Positions 9,790 to 19,428 are shown, counted from the first letter of the stretch. The stretch is DNA of 64,000 nucleotides from an uncultured Bacteroidales bacterium (GCA_903945175.1 CAJAUM010000115.1:975-64974), one strand, 5' to 3'. Notes: generated from the sequence alone by a model not told the origin. A program made the numbers and translations.

Positions 9790-10547
9790 CGATCCTGTTT
9801 AGTTTCCTCATCCCTCCGAAAAAGGGGCTCCCGGTACTCATGTATCACAAAATCCTTCAGGAACACCCTGATGGACTTACGGTGTCTGCAGACCAGCTTG
9901 ATCATCAGCTGATGTACCTGAAGGAAAAGGGTTATCAGACCATTGGATTAAAAACCCTGAAAAACCTGTTGAAAGATGGGGGGCTGCTGCCAAAAAAGAC
10001 GATCATCCTGACATTTGATGATGCGTATACAAATTTTCGGGATTATGCTCTCCCCTTGCTGAAAAAGTATAATTTCACGGCCACCGTGTTTGTTCCTGCG
10101 GCTTTTATTGGAAAAACGAATATCTGGGACAGGGGCAATGATGCCATCATGACAGCTGAAGATTTGAAACGGCTTGTACTGCAGGATGGGATAGAGATTG
10201 GGTTACACTCATTTTTGCACAGGAGTTATGGCGACCTTGCCATTTCCGACATGGAGGAGGATCTGAACAACTGCAGGCAGACACTTGAGTTTTACGGAAT
10301 CCCCTACGTGAAGGCGCTGGCTTATCCCTACGGTGGCTATCCGAAGAGGGATCCTGAACTGAAGGCACAAATGATTTCACTTTTTCAAAAGACCGGGCTC
10401 GATTTCGCCTTGCGCATCGGCAACCGCATCAATCCCTGGCCGATTCGCCTGCCGTATGAAATCAACCGCATCGATATCAAAGGAACCGACAGTTTTTTTA
10501 CTTTCAGAACGAAGTTGACAAAAGGCCGTGCCAAACTATTTGCCTAA
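9786..10547 (+). CDS. Polysaccharide deacetylase (NodB-type)
   Basis: ILTFDDAYTNF motif. The start overlaps the GT2 stop (ATGA). Confidence 0.75.
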   Translation: MTILFSFLIPPKKGLPVLMYHKILQEHPDGLTVSADQLDHQLMYLKEKGYQTIGLKTLKNLLKDGGLLPKKTIILTFDDAYTNFRDYALPLLKKYNFTATVFVPAAFIGKTNIWDRGNDAIMTAEDLKRLVLQDGIEIGLHSFLHRSYGDLAISDMEEDLNNCRQTLEFYGIPYVKALAYPYGGYPKRDPELKAQMISLFQKTGLDFALRIGNRINPWPIRLPYEINRIDIKGTDSFFTFRTKLTKGRAKLFA

Positions 10548-10557
10548 TCCCCTTGCG

Positions 10558-12243
10558 ATGCCCAAGACCTGGAAAGAGATTCAACGTTACTGGTACATTT
10601 TCGCCCTCATCGTGACCGTGGGGTCTCTTCCTTTTTCAAAATTCGGAATCAGCTTTGGACAATTTATGCTTGCCGGTGGCTGGATTGTAGAGCGATTCAA
10701 TGCAAGGAAGCTGCTGACTTACTTGGCCGGACGATCATTCTGGCAGGTTATCCTCCTGATATTCCCCTATTCAGTGTACCTGCTGTTTGAAGGCATCATA
10801 ACCGGATTCAGGCAATTTTTCAGAAACAGGCCGGCGCTGCTGTTCAGCTCAATCATTCTGTTGCACCTGCTGGGCCTGTTTTTCACCACCGACTTTGATT
10901 ATGCGCTCAAGGATATACGGACAAAATTGCCCTTTCTGCTGTTTCCCTTGTTCCTTTCGACATCTGAAGCTTTTGACAGGAAGGCGTTTTACAGGTTTAT
11001 GCTATTCTTTGTCCTTGTCGTCCTCGTGCGATCGGGTTATAATGGCTGGATGATCCTGACCCAAAATTTTGTCGACATCCGCGATGTGTCGCACAATATT
11101 TCACACATCATCTTCAGCCTGTTGCTATCACTGAGTATTTTCACACTTGTATACCTGTCATTGAATAAGAATTATTTCAGGCCATGGATGCGGGTATTGG
11201 GATTTCTTGTGACGCTATGGTTTTTCGGATATCTTCTTATTTCACAGTCATTCACAGGCTATGCAATCACCCTGATCACGGCCTTGATTCTAACCCCGGT
11301 CTTGATTTTCAAAACCCGCAACCGGTTACTGAAAGCAGGGTTGATTTTGTGCATTCTTCTTGTGACAGGGCTCATTTTCCTGACGCTCAAATCCATCATC
11401 CACGATTATTATCATGTGAACCCGGTGGATTTTACAAAACTTGAAAAGGTTTCGTCGCGCGGAAATCCATATATCCATAGTATCAAAGAGCCGCAGACCG
11501 AAAATGGAAATTACCTGTGGATATATATTCAGTGGGATGAAATGCGCAGTGCCTGGAATAAACGCAGCAAGATTCCCTTCGACAGCCTGAACATGAAAAA
11601 GGGGCCTGTTGCGCATACGGTCATCCGGTTCCTGACCTCCAAGGGTTGGCGTAAAGATGCGGATGCCATCGAAAAGCTGACTGACCAGGAGCTCCTTGCC
11701 ATTGAAAAGGGGGTCGCAAACCAAGAGTTTCTGAAGGAATTAAGCATCCGGGGCCGGATTTATGAATTCCTGTGGGGGTTCGACAATTACATGGAAACAG
11801 GGAATCCGACCGGTTCAACGCTGATGCAACGACTTGAATTCTGGAAAGCCTCCATCGGAATCATCCGTGGAAACTGGCTTACGGGAGTCGGGACCGGAGA
11901 TATGAATCTTATCTTCAAGTCACAATACGAAAAGATGCATTCGAAGCTTTCGCCTGACCAGCGTTGGCGTTCACACAACCAGTTTTTATCCGTTTTTATC
12001 GGATTCGGGATCATCGGATTGCTTTGGTTTTTGGTGGCTGTTTTTTATCCGCCATTCATGTTGCGCAGACAGGACGATTTTTTTATGTTTGTTTTCCTGA
12101 TCATTGCTGTTTTGTCCATGCTCACCGAAGATACCATCGAATCACAAACCGGGGTGACATTTTTTGTCCTTTTCTATTCCTTTTTCCTTTTCGCCCGGAG
12201 GGAGAAAGATCTCATCTTTTCCAAACAAATCGTACATGGCTGA
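10558..12243 (+). CDS. O-antigen ligase / Wzy_C-like polytopic membrane protein
   Basis: About 10 TM helices, a large loop, and a late region (GVGTGDMN...HNQFLSVFIGFGIIG) resembling O-antigen ligase family proteins. The start was taken at the second Met to clear the deacetylase gene. Confidence 0.6.
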   Translation: MPKTWKEIQRYWYIFALIVTVGSLPFSKFGISFGQFMLAGGWIVERFNARKLLTYLAGRSFWQVILLIFPYSVYLLFEGIITGFRQFFRNRPALLFSSIILLHLLGLFFTTDFDYALKDIRTKLPFLLFPLFLSTSEAFDRKAFYRFMLFFVLVVLVRSGYNGWMILTQNFVDIRDVSHNISHIIFSLLLSLSIFTLVYLSLNKNYFRPWMRVLGFLVTLWFFGYLLISQSFTGYAITLITALILTPVLIFKTRNRLLKAGLILCILLVTGLIFLTLKSIIHDYYHVNPVDFTKLEKVSSRGNPYIHSIKEPQTENGNYLWIYIQWDEMRSAWNKRSKIPFDSLNMKKGPVAHTVIRFLTSKGWRKDADAIEKLTDQELLAIEKGVANQEFLKELSIRGRIYEFLWGFDNYMETGNPTGSTLMQRLEFWKASIGIIRGNWLTGVGTGDMNLIFKSQYEKMHSKLSPDQRWRSHNQFLSVFIGFGIIGLLWFLVAVFYPPFMLRRQDDFFMFVFLIIAVLSMLTEDTIESQTGVTFFVLFYSFFLFARREKDLIFSKQIVHG

Positions 12244-13186
12244 GACGAAGGCACTCCATCCGGATGCATGGATGATGATCGTAAATCCCAATGCCGGGAT
12301 TAAAAAAGGGACCAAGGACTGGCCCGCAATCCTTCAGCTTCTCCGCAATGAAGGGGTCGATTTTGAATACAGGACCACTGCCCATAGGGGTCATGCCATT
12401 GAGATAACATCAGAAGTAATTTCCGCGGGATACCGAAATATTTGCGTGGTGGGAGGAGACGGCACCTTGAACGAGGTGCTGAATGGAATCATGAATCAGC
12501 AGGTCATCGCATTTTCCGATGTCACGCTGGGCATGATCCCGGTTGGAACGGGCAATGACTGGTGCCGCATGTTCAATGTCCCGTTTGATTACCTGAAGGC
12601 CATACACGTCCTAAAGCAGAAGAAAACCTTTTTGCAGGATGCCGGCAAAGTGACCTATTCTCACCAGGAAAAAAGGGTGGTTCGGTATTTTATGAATGTT
12701 GCCGGGATGGGCTATGACGCCCTCGTTGCCAAGAAAACAAACTTACTGAAAGAGAGGGGAATAGGCGGGCCGCTGATCTACCTCTATTTTGTCTTTGCAA
12801 GCCTGTTTCAGTATAAATTTATAGAAGCGGTCATTGAAGTGGATGGTGCCATGGCCTATAAGGGTGAAATTTTTTCAATGAACGTCGGGATATGCAAATT
12901 CAATGGCGGCGGGATGAAGCAGGTCCCCTTTGCTGTACCCGACGATGGATTGCTTGATGTAACCCTGATCAAAAGGACATCCAAATGGATGGTGGTAAGG
13001 TATGCCCGGAAACTGTTTGACGGAACGCTGGTTGACCTTCCCTTCATCGCAACCTTCAAGGGAGAAAACATCCGTATCCGCTCGACCGGAAAGGTTTTTC
13101 TTGAAACCGACGGGGAATCGCTCGGGCACACACCCTTTACCTTTGAAATATTGGCGCGATGTGTTAACGTGGTGGTCGGAAATTAA
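12236..13186 (+). CDS. YegS/BmrU-family lipid (diacylglycerol-type) kinase
   Basis: IVNPNAG N-terminus and GGDGT motif (VVGGDGTLNEV). The start was taken at the ATG at 12236. Confidence 0.8.
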   Translation: MAETKALHPDAWMMIVNPNAGIKKGTKDWPAILQLLRNEGVDFEYRTTAHRGHAIEITSEVISAGYRNICVVGGDGTLNEVLNGIMNQQVIAFSDVTLGMIPVGTGNDWCRMFNVPFDYLKAIHVLKQKKTFLQDAGKVTYSHQEKRVVRYFMNVAGMGYDALVAKKTNLLKERGIGGPLIYLYFVFASLFQYKFIEAVIEVDGAMAYKGEIFSMNVGICKFNGGGMKQVPFAVPDDGLLDVTLIKRTSKWMVVRYARKLFDGTLVDLPFIATFKGENIRIRSTGKVFLETDGESLGHTPFTFEILARCVNVVVGN

Positions 13187-13234
13187 ATTAACCCATCCCG
13201 TTAACCAACCCCGCTGTCAGGGGCCACTACACTG

Positions 13235-14482
13235 TCAGGGAGTCGGATTGACCCAGTCCCCATTTTCCTTGATGAGATTGATCAGCGCCTCCACCGCCAG
13301 GGATTCGTCAAGATTCTTTTCTACCAGTTGCTGTTTTTTGTACAAATTGATTTTGCCTTTGCCTGCGCCCACGTAACCATAGTGTGCGTCGGCCATTTCG
13401 CCTGGTCCGTTGACAACACAGCCCATCACGGCAATTTTCAGTCCGGACAGGTGCGATGTTTTAGCCTGAATATTTTCCAGCGCCGACTGGATATTAAATT
13501 GGGTCCGGCCGCATGAGGGGCAGGCAATAAACTCTGTTTTGGTAATCCGGGCCCCTGCTGCCTGGAGGATATTGTAAGCCACCGGAATTTCAAATTCAGG
13601 ATCTTCGGTGAGGGAAACCCTGATGGTATCGCCGATGCCATCGGCCAGCAAACTGCCGATCCCGATGGCTGACTTAATCCGTCCATCTTCTCCGGCGCCA
13701 GCTTCTGTGACCCCGAGGTGGAGCGGGTAATTCATACCAGCCTCCCTCATCTTCTCAACCAGCAAACGGTTAGCGGCGATCATCACCTTGGTGCTGCTGG
13801 CTTTCATAGATAAGACCAGATTTTGAAACGAGAGACTTTCGCAGACCAGTGCAAACTCCAGGGCTGACTGAACCATGCCCAACGGGGTGTCTCCATATTC
13901 GTTCATGATGCGATCGGAGAGCGACCCATGATTCACACCGATCCGGATGGCCGTGCCGTGATCTTTACAGATTTTTAAAAGCGGGGAGAGGCGCGTGGAA
14001 ATCAGTTCCAGCACATCACCCTCCGTGACGCGTGATGGATCAATCGTGACGCGTGATGGATCAATCGTGACGCGTGACGCATCAATCGTGACGCGTGACG
14101 CGTGACGCGTGACATTGCTTTTTTGACCTGGCATGTAATTCCCAGGATTAATCCTGATTTTTTCGACAATTCCTGCGGCGATTTCAGCGATTTTAGGATT
14201 AAAATGGACATCCGCGATCAGGGGGGTATTGTATCCGCGGAGGTGTAGTGCTTTTTTAATTTCCCGCAGATTTTCAGCCTCTTTAATTCCCGGAGTGGCA
14301 ATGCGGACATATTCACAGCCGGCTTCGATCATCCGGATGGCCTGTTCAACCGTCGCTTTGGTGTCGAGGCTGTTCGTGCTTGTCATCGACTGAACACGCA
14401 CGGGATTGTCCCCTCCCATGGGCAGATGGCCCACTTCAACAACCCGGGTTGCAAACCGCTGATATAATTGCTTGCCTTTCAT
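13235..14482 (-). CDS. ispG: 4-hydroxy-3-methylbut-2-en-1-yl diphosphate synthase, carrying an in-frame repeat insertion
   Basis: RINPGN, CPSCGRT and GCVVNGPGE motifs. 415 aa. Confidence 0.9.
   Translation of the reverse strand: MKGKQLYQRFATRVVEVGHLPMGGDNPVRVQSMTSTNSLDTKATVEQAIRMIEAGCEYVRIATPGIKEAENLREIKKALHLRGYNTPLIADVHFNPKIAEIAAGIVEKIRINPGNYMPGQKSNVTRHASRVTIDASRVTIDPSRVTIDPSRVTEGDVLELISTRLSPLLKICKDHGTAIRIGVNHGSLSDRIMNEYGDTPLGMVQSALEFALVCESLSFQNLVLSMKASSTKVMIAANRLLVEKMREAGMNYPLHLGVTEAGAGEDGRIKSAIGIGSLLADGIGDTIRVSLTEDPEFEIPVAYNILQAAGARITKTEFIACPSCGRTQFNIQSALENIQAKTSHLSGLKIAVMGCVVNGPGEMADAHYGYVGAGKGKINLYKKQQLVEKNLDESLAVEALINLIKENGDWVNPTP
14025..14113 (-). repeat. Heptamer-derived array inside ispG (three 21-nt super-units plus GTGACGC x ~3.7 on the plus strand)
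   Basis: Read directly: 14025-45, 14046-66 and 14067-87 are 21-mers gtgacgcgtga(t/c)g(g/c)atcaatc; 14088-14113 is gtgacgc repeated. Translates in frame as [30 protein letters not shown]. Confidence 0.95.
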
Positions 14483-14501
14483 AATTTCGCTATTTCGCTA
14501 T

Positions 14502-15251
14502 CTAAATCAGCCCCTTCACCCTTGGCTTTCCTGCCACAAAATCTTTCAGGTAGAAGGGCTCAAAATAGGCCAGGCTTTCAAATTTTTTTTCTCTGAACTT
14601 CTCTTCTGCCAGCCTTGTGATGAATCTGGCTGATGCCTGGAATCCATCCATAAACAAAGCATTGGGATGATCGCCCAAGACAGGCTTGCATTTTTCAGCA
14701 CCTTCACCCCCGAAAGCAATCCTATGGTCAGTCAGGAGCTCCTGAAATGAAAAATCATCGATGATTTCAGCGCAAACCTCCCGAATCTCCCTGTTTTGCT
14801 GATCAAATACCGCACTGTAAACCTCCATTCTCCGCGCATCGATCATGGGACATAAAAAAATCCCGGATTGACCATTGGTCATTGGTAATTGGTCATTGGT
14901 CATTGGTAATTGGTCATCGGTCATTTGTAATTGGTCATTCATCCCCACGGCCATGGCCTGGAGTGTGTGAACGGCAATCAGGGGTTTATCGATGGCATAA
15001 CAAAGACCTTTTGCTGCAGCCACCCCAATGCGCAGACCGGTATATGAGCCGGGGCCCATGCTCACAGCAATGGCATCAAGATCAGTGATCTGAAATCCGG
15101 AAGATTTTATTAGGTCGTCGATAAACAGGGTGAGCATGGCAGAATGAACATTCCGTGCTGAAGATTCCTTTATTCCCAGGATCTTTTCATCGCGCGCCAA
15201 TGCCACGGAACAGACCTCAGTGGCCGTTTCAATGCAAAGGATCAGTGCCAT
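14502..15251 (-). CDS. tsaB: tRNA threonylcarbamoyladenosine biosynthesis protein TsaB, carrying an in-frame repeat insertion
   Basis: ILCIETATEVCSVAL N-terminus and GPGSYTGLRIGVAAAKG motif. 249 aa. Confidence 0.85.
   Translation of the reverse strand: MALILCIETATEVCSVALARDEKILGIKESSARNVHSAMLTLFIDDLIKSSGFQITDLDAIAVSMGPGSYTGLRIGVAAAKGLCYAIDKPLIAVHTLQAMAVGMNDQLQMTDDQLPMTNDQLPMTNGQSGIFLCPMIDARRMEVYSAVFDQQNREIREVCAEIIDDFSFQELLTDHRIAFGGEGAEKCKPVLGDHPNALFMDGFQASARFITRLAEEKFREKKFESLAYFEPFYLKDFVAGKPRVKGLI
14873..14942 (-). repeat. Heptamer tandem array inside tsaB (CATTGGT/AATTGGT x 10 on the plus strand)
   Basis: Ten consecutive 7-mers read directly, with a 21-nt higher-order pattern (cattggt cattggt aattggt). 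Translates in frame as the repeat tract MNDQLQMTDDQLPMTNDQLPMTNGQ within tsaB. Confidence 0.95.
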
Positions 15252-15254
15252 GCA

Positions 15255-16640
15255 CTATTTCTCTTTTTCCTTGGTAAACAGATCTTTTTTATCAACTTTC
15301 GTCACCTTATCCCCGTCTTTCAGGAGTTTCGAAACGGCACTGTAGGGCGCCGTAATAATTTCATCTCCATCCTTTAACCCGCTAATGATCTGTATGTAGG
15401 TGTTATCCTGGATCCCTGTTTTCACATCCGCTTTTTTAGCTGTGCCATCACTCAGGATAAATACACATTCAAGAATTTTCTCACTTTTCTTTGTTGTACT
15501 TACCACTTCAATCTCACGGTCGCCATCCTCTTTTTTGGTCTTGGTTTTTTCATTGATCTTGTCGAGGCTGTCCTTGGCAATTCTCGTGGTAACAGCCTGG
15601 ATGGGAAGCGTCATTGCGTGTACAACGATCTCGGTTTGAATTTCAACAGTACAGGACATGCCCGGGCGGAAAGGGGAGAAGTCGATTGGTTTTCCCTCCA
15701 GAAGATCTTTATAGGAATCTTTGATGATGTGGATCTTCACATTGAAATTGGTCACCTGGTCAACGCTGACGCCGGTGCTGTTTGCTGATGTGGCAATCTC
15801 AGTAACCACTCCTTTGAACTTCCTGTTCAGGTAAGCATCCACTTCGATCAGGGCCGTATCGTCCAAACTTACGCGTACAATGTCGTTTTCATTGACCTGC
15901 ACCTGGGCTTCCATTTCATTGAGATTGGCAATGCGCATGATCTCTGTTCCGCTTGAGAACTGAGAGGCGCCGGTAACCCGTTCACCTTTGAGCACCCCCA
16001 GCTTTGACACTGTTCCGTCGTTGGGTGCGAAAATAGCGGTCCGGTTAAGATCCTCTTTGGATCTTTTCAGGGCTGCTTCTGAATTTTTAACCATGAATTC
16101 CGAGGCTTTGATGTCCTCTTCTCCGGCTGTCACCTGGGCCTGAGAAACCTGGAATGCTGATTTAGACTGATCATGCTCGGCTTTTGAAATCACATTCTGC
16201 TGGTAGAGTTTTTCCTGGCGTTCGAAGGTGAGCCTGGTGTTTTCAAACTGAGCTTTGACTTGTGCAAGCCGTGCTTTGGAATTTGCCAGGTTGGCTTTCT
16301 GGGTGTTTACAGAAGCTTCACTTTGATCAAACTGGGAAATGTAAATCTCAGGATCTATTTTGGCCAGAAGATCCCCTTTTTTGACCTGGTTTCCCTCTTT
16401 TACATACAATTCCACCACCTCTCCGGAAATATAAGGACTGATTTTGATATCCTTTTCAGGCTGAATCTTGCCATTGGATGAAACAGTCTGAATGATGGTC
16501 CTTTTTGTTACTTTTTCAGTAGCAACCTTTATTCCGTCGCTTCCTTTGCCTTTCAAAATGGAGGCAATCACAATGATGGCTATTACTGCCACAATGGCAA
16601 TAATGATCCATATTTTTTTCTTAGAAATCTTATTGGTCAT
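15255..16640 (-). CDS. Efflux periplasmic adaptor subunit (HlyD/MacA-like membrane fusion protein)
   Basis: N-terminal TM anchor, a long coiled-coil segment, lipoyl-like and beta-barrel segments. It lies directly downstream of the TolC-family gene. Confidence 0.8.
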   Translation of the reverse strand: MTNKISKKKIWIIIAIVAVIAIIVIASILKGKGSDGIKVATEKVTKRTIIQTVSSNGKIQPEKDIKISPYISGEVVELYVKEGNQVKKGDLLAKIDPEIYISQFDQSEASVNTQKANLANSKARLAQVKAQFENTRLTFERQEKLYQQNVISKAEHDQSKSAFQVSQAQVTAGEEDIKASEFMVKNSEAALKRSKEDLNRTAIFAPNDGTVSKLGVLKGERVTGASQFSSGTEIMRIANLNEMEAQVQVNENDIVRVSLDDTALIEVDAYLNRKFKGVVTEIATSANSTGVSVDQVTNFNVKIHIIKDSYKDLLEGKPIDFSPFRPGMSCTVEIQTEIVVHAMTLPIQAVTTRIAKDSLDKINEKTKTKKEDGDREIEVVSTTKKSEKILECVFILSDGTAKKADVKTGIQDNTYIQIISGLKDGDEIITAPYSAVSKLLKDGDKVTKVDKKDLFTKEKEK

Positions 16641-16658
16641 GGAGAAAAGAGTTTTGAA

Positions 16659-18113
16659 TTATTTACGATCGATCCTGATGGGGTTTCCCATGTAAAAGTC
16701 GAGAATGGTCGTTTTAAAGATAAAATCATATTTGGCTTGAAGAAGATCAGACTCAGCTTTGGTAAGATCTTTTTTGCTGGTGTTATAATCGAATGATGTC
16801 ATTACCCCCACGTCAAATTTCTGCTGGGCATATTTAAAGGCCTCCGATTGAGCATTGACCTTTTCCTGGGAAGCATTGAATTTTTGAAGGGAAGATGTTG
16901 CATCGGCAAAGGATTGCTCAATCAGCTTCCTTAAATCCCGCGTGGTGATGCCCAGGTCGAGTTCAGCCTGGGATTTCAGAATTTTTGCCTGGTTGATGGC
17001 CGAACGGCCTTGCCATCCGTTGAAAATAGGGATATTCAGGTAAAAGCCAACCGACTGGTTGCTGTTATCCTTGAGTTGCTCCTCGAATGGTTTTACCTGA
17101 TAGGATCTGGAGATTTCAGGCATCAGCACAAGGTCCTTCGATTGTTGGGTAATGCCGATGGGAGACCAAATAGTGTCAGCCGGGACGCTTTGATCTACCT
17201 GCATGGCAGCACCTGAATACCCCGTTCCCCATGAACCACTCAGCGAAAGTGTGGGCTGAATATACCCTCTGGCAATTGCAAGTCTTTTTTGCGCACTTTC
17301 AACACGAAGTTCAGCGCTCTTGATTTCAGGCCGGGTTTTCACGGCGTGATCAAAAATTATTTCTGCAGTGATCTTCTCTTTCGGGGCCTGCACAGGTTTC
17401 AGCTGTGGCTCCTCAATGACGAAATCGCGGGTCACCGGAAGATCAATCAACTGCTGGAGTGAAAGATTTGAAATATAAAGCCGGTTTTCAGCATCCACCA
17501 CCGTCAGTTGTTCTGTGGCTTTTTGCGCCTGGATATTCAGAAGGTCTCCCTTGGCTGAAGAGCCGGCGTCGACCTTTTTCTGAATTCGTTCAACTTCGGC
17601 TGTCGTGACCCTGAGTTGCCCCCTGGCCACATCGAGCAGTTCATTGTTAAATAAAATATCGAGGTAAAATCCTGCCACAGCAAGGGAAATGCTGTTTTTG
17701 ATCACATCCAGATCGTATCGGCTGGCCAGCAGATTGATTTTATTTTCCTTTAACGTGTTTAGTTTTTGCAGTCCGCCAAACAGGGTGACGTTACTGGCGA
17801 TATAAAAGTTATTTGACCTGACGGTGTTCGTGGCAAATGTGTTGGTGTATTGGTCAATCGTTTGTCCGAAATTCCACACATTGGTACCGTTGGCATTGAG
17901 GTTTGGCAACATGCCCAAGCCACTCTGAAGCAACGCATCCTTATTCGACTGAACGGTAAGAAGCTGCTTGTTGATGTCCAGATTATTCTCAAGTGCGTAA
18001 TTGATACAATCTTCCAGCGTCCAGATTTTTTGTGATAATCCGGGTTGGGAAAATCCCAATAAAATTACCATGATCAGGGCCAGAGGCCAAAACCGAAGTC
18101 GATACGCTTGCAT
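16659..18113 (-). CDS. TolC-family outer-membrane efflux protein
   Basis: Signal peptide, then WTLEDCINYALENNLDI, a typical OEP start, and two repeat halves. Confidence 0.85.
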   Translation of the reverse strand: MQAYRLRFWPLALIMVILLGFSQPGLSQKIWTLEDCINYALENNLDINKQLLTVQSNKDALLQSGLGMLPNLNANGTNVWNFGQTIDQYTNTFATNTVRSNNFYIASNVTLFGGLQKLNTLKENKINLLASRYDLDVIKNSISLAVAGFYLDILFNNELLDVARGQLRVTTAEVERIQKKVDAGSSAKGDLLNIQAQKATEQLTVVDAENRLYISNLSLQQLIDLPVTRDFVIEEPQLKPVQAPKEKITAEIIFDHAVKTRPEIKSAELRVESAQKRLAIARGYIQPTLSLSGSWGTGYSGAAMQVDQSVPADTIWSPIGITQQSKDLVLMPEISRSYQVKPFEEQLKDNSNQSVGFYLNIPIFNGWQGRSAINQAKILKSQAELDLGITTRDLRKLIEQSFADATSSLQKFNASQEKVNAQSEAFKYAQQKFDVGVMTSFDYNTSKKDLTKAESDLLQAKYDFIFKTTILDFYMGNPIRIDRK

Positions 18114-18136
18114 TTGTAAGGGTTTTAATACGACAT

Positions 18137-18144
18137 CAAAAGTA
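18137..18144 (-). promoter_or_regulatory. -7 promoter element (TACTTTTG on minus strand) for the tolC-adaptor operon
   Basis: TAnnTTTG match 23 nt upstream of the ATG at 18113. Confidence 0.4.
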
Positions 18145-18230
18145 ATAATTTAAATATTCATCAAGGCATTAAGACGAAGAAATTGTTGTTTGGTTACATA
18201 TAACGATTTTCCGGATTCAATATTATTTTC

Positions 18231-18238
18231 TATTTTTG
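18231..18238 (+). promoter_or_regulatory. -7 promoter element (TATTTTTG) for the atp operon
   Basis: TAnnTTTG match 30 nt upstream of the atpB ATG at 18268. Confidence 0.45.
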
Positions 18239-18267
18239 CAACTCATTATAGATGCGTTATTGGTTTC

Positions 18268-19428
18268 ATGACAGCAAGCAGATCACTCGTACCCGCTTTT
18301 CGTTTCCTTGCCCTCAGTGTCCTAATGGGCTTTTTATTAATAAGCAGGATCTATGCCTCCGCCCAGGACCATACCCAGCTTAATGCGGCAAGCGACAGTG
18401 TTTCCACGCCGCAGAGTGAAGCTGAAAGCCATAAGGCAGAGGGAAAGTTCAACGCAGGCGAGATGATCCTGGAACATGTCGTTGACAACCATGAATGGCA
18501 TGTGGCCGAAATCGGCAGCCTTCACCTGACCATTCCACTCCCGATCATCCTGCTGTACGATGGCAGGATCTACACCTTTTGTTCAAGCCGCTTTCACAAT
18601 GAATCAGGCAGTTACCTTGGATTCAAGCTTGAAAAGGAGGGGCCCCACAAAGGAAAAATCATCAGGATTGGAAGCCAGGGTGAATCGGCGGAGTCCATTC
18701 CTGTTTATGACTTCTCCATCACCAAAATAGTACTTGCCATTTTCATCAGTACGTTTTTGCTGATCCTGATCTTTGTTTCTGTTGCCAACAGTTTCAAGCG
18801 AAACAGGAATAAAGCACCCAGCGGGCTGCAGTCACTTCTTGAGCCCCTGATTATTTTTATCCGGGATGACGTTGCAAAAAGTTCGATCGGAGAAAAAAAG
18901 TACGAAAAGTTTATGCCTTTTTTACTGACAGTATTCTTTTTTATTTTCTTTAATAACCTCTTCGGACTGATTCCCTTTTTTCCCGGAGGGGCCAACGTAA
19001 CCGGGAATATTGCCGTTACACTGGTCATGGCTGTGTTTACCTTTGTTATTACCACGATCAGCGGGAATAAACATTACTGGATCGATATCATCAATACGCC
19101 CGGGGTTCCCTGGTGGCTGAAGTTCCCGGTGCCTCTGATGCCGGTGGTTGAGATTATCGGAATCATCACCAAGCCATTTGTACTGATGATTCGTCTCTTT
19201 GCAAACATTACCGCCGGGCACATCATCGTGCTTGGTTTCGTTAGCCTGATCTTTATTTTCGGGGCTATCAGCGCGGCACTCGGTGTCGGAGTTTCTGTTG
19301 TTTCTGTTGCATTCATGCTTTTTATGAATTTACTGGAATTGCTGGTTGCCTTCATTCAGGCCTATGTGTTCACCCTGTTATCGGCGCTTTATTTCGGACT
19401 TGCAACAACAGAACCGGAACACCATTGA
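18268..19428 (+). CDS. atpB: F0F1 ATP synthase subunit a
   Basis: C-terminal helices with the RLFANITAGH motif. The start was taken at the ATG at 18268. The TGA stop is the first triplet of the following heptamer array. Confidence 0.9.
   Translation: MTASRSLVPAFRFLALSVLMGFLLISRIYASAQDHTQLNAASDSVSTPQSEAESHKAEGKFNAGEMILEHVVDNHEWHVAEIGSLHLTIPLPIILLYDGRIYTFCSSRFHNESGSYLGFKLEKEGPHKGKIIRIGSQGESAESIPVYDFSITKIVLAIFISTFLLILIFVSVANSFKRNRNKAPSGLQSLLEPLIIFIRDDVAKSSIGEKKYEKFMPFLLTVFFFIFFNNLFGLIPFFPGGANVTGNIAVTLVMAVFTFVITTISGNKHYWIDIINTPGVPWWLKFPVPLMPVVEIIGIITKPFVLMIRLFANITAGHIIVLGFVSLIFIFGAISAALGVGVSVVSVAFMLFMNLLELLVAFIQAYVFTLLSALYFGLATTEPEHH

Noticed and set aside
13214-13240. Direct repeat ctgtcaggg (13214-22 and 13232-40) between the lipid kinase gene and the ispG 3' end
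   Set aside because: It is two 9-nt copies, one overlapping the ispG stop, and there is no convincing hairpin or T-run. It is likely coincidental.
14484-14500. Duplicated atttcgct in the 19-nt ispG-tsaB spacer
   Set aside because: The unit is 8 nt with two copies. It does not belong to the heptamer family and is too short to interpret.
14002-15088. Alternative-frame or antisense ORFs through the ispG and tsaB arrays (14002-14211 minus, 14882-15088 plus; peptides RHASRLI..., VIGHWSLVIGH...)
   Set aside because: They are open only because heptamer arrays lack stops in several frames. They overlap well-supported ispG and tsaB frames.
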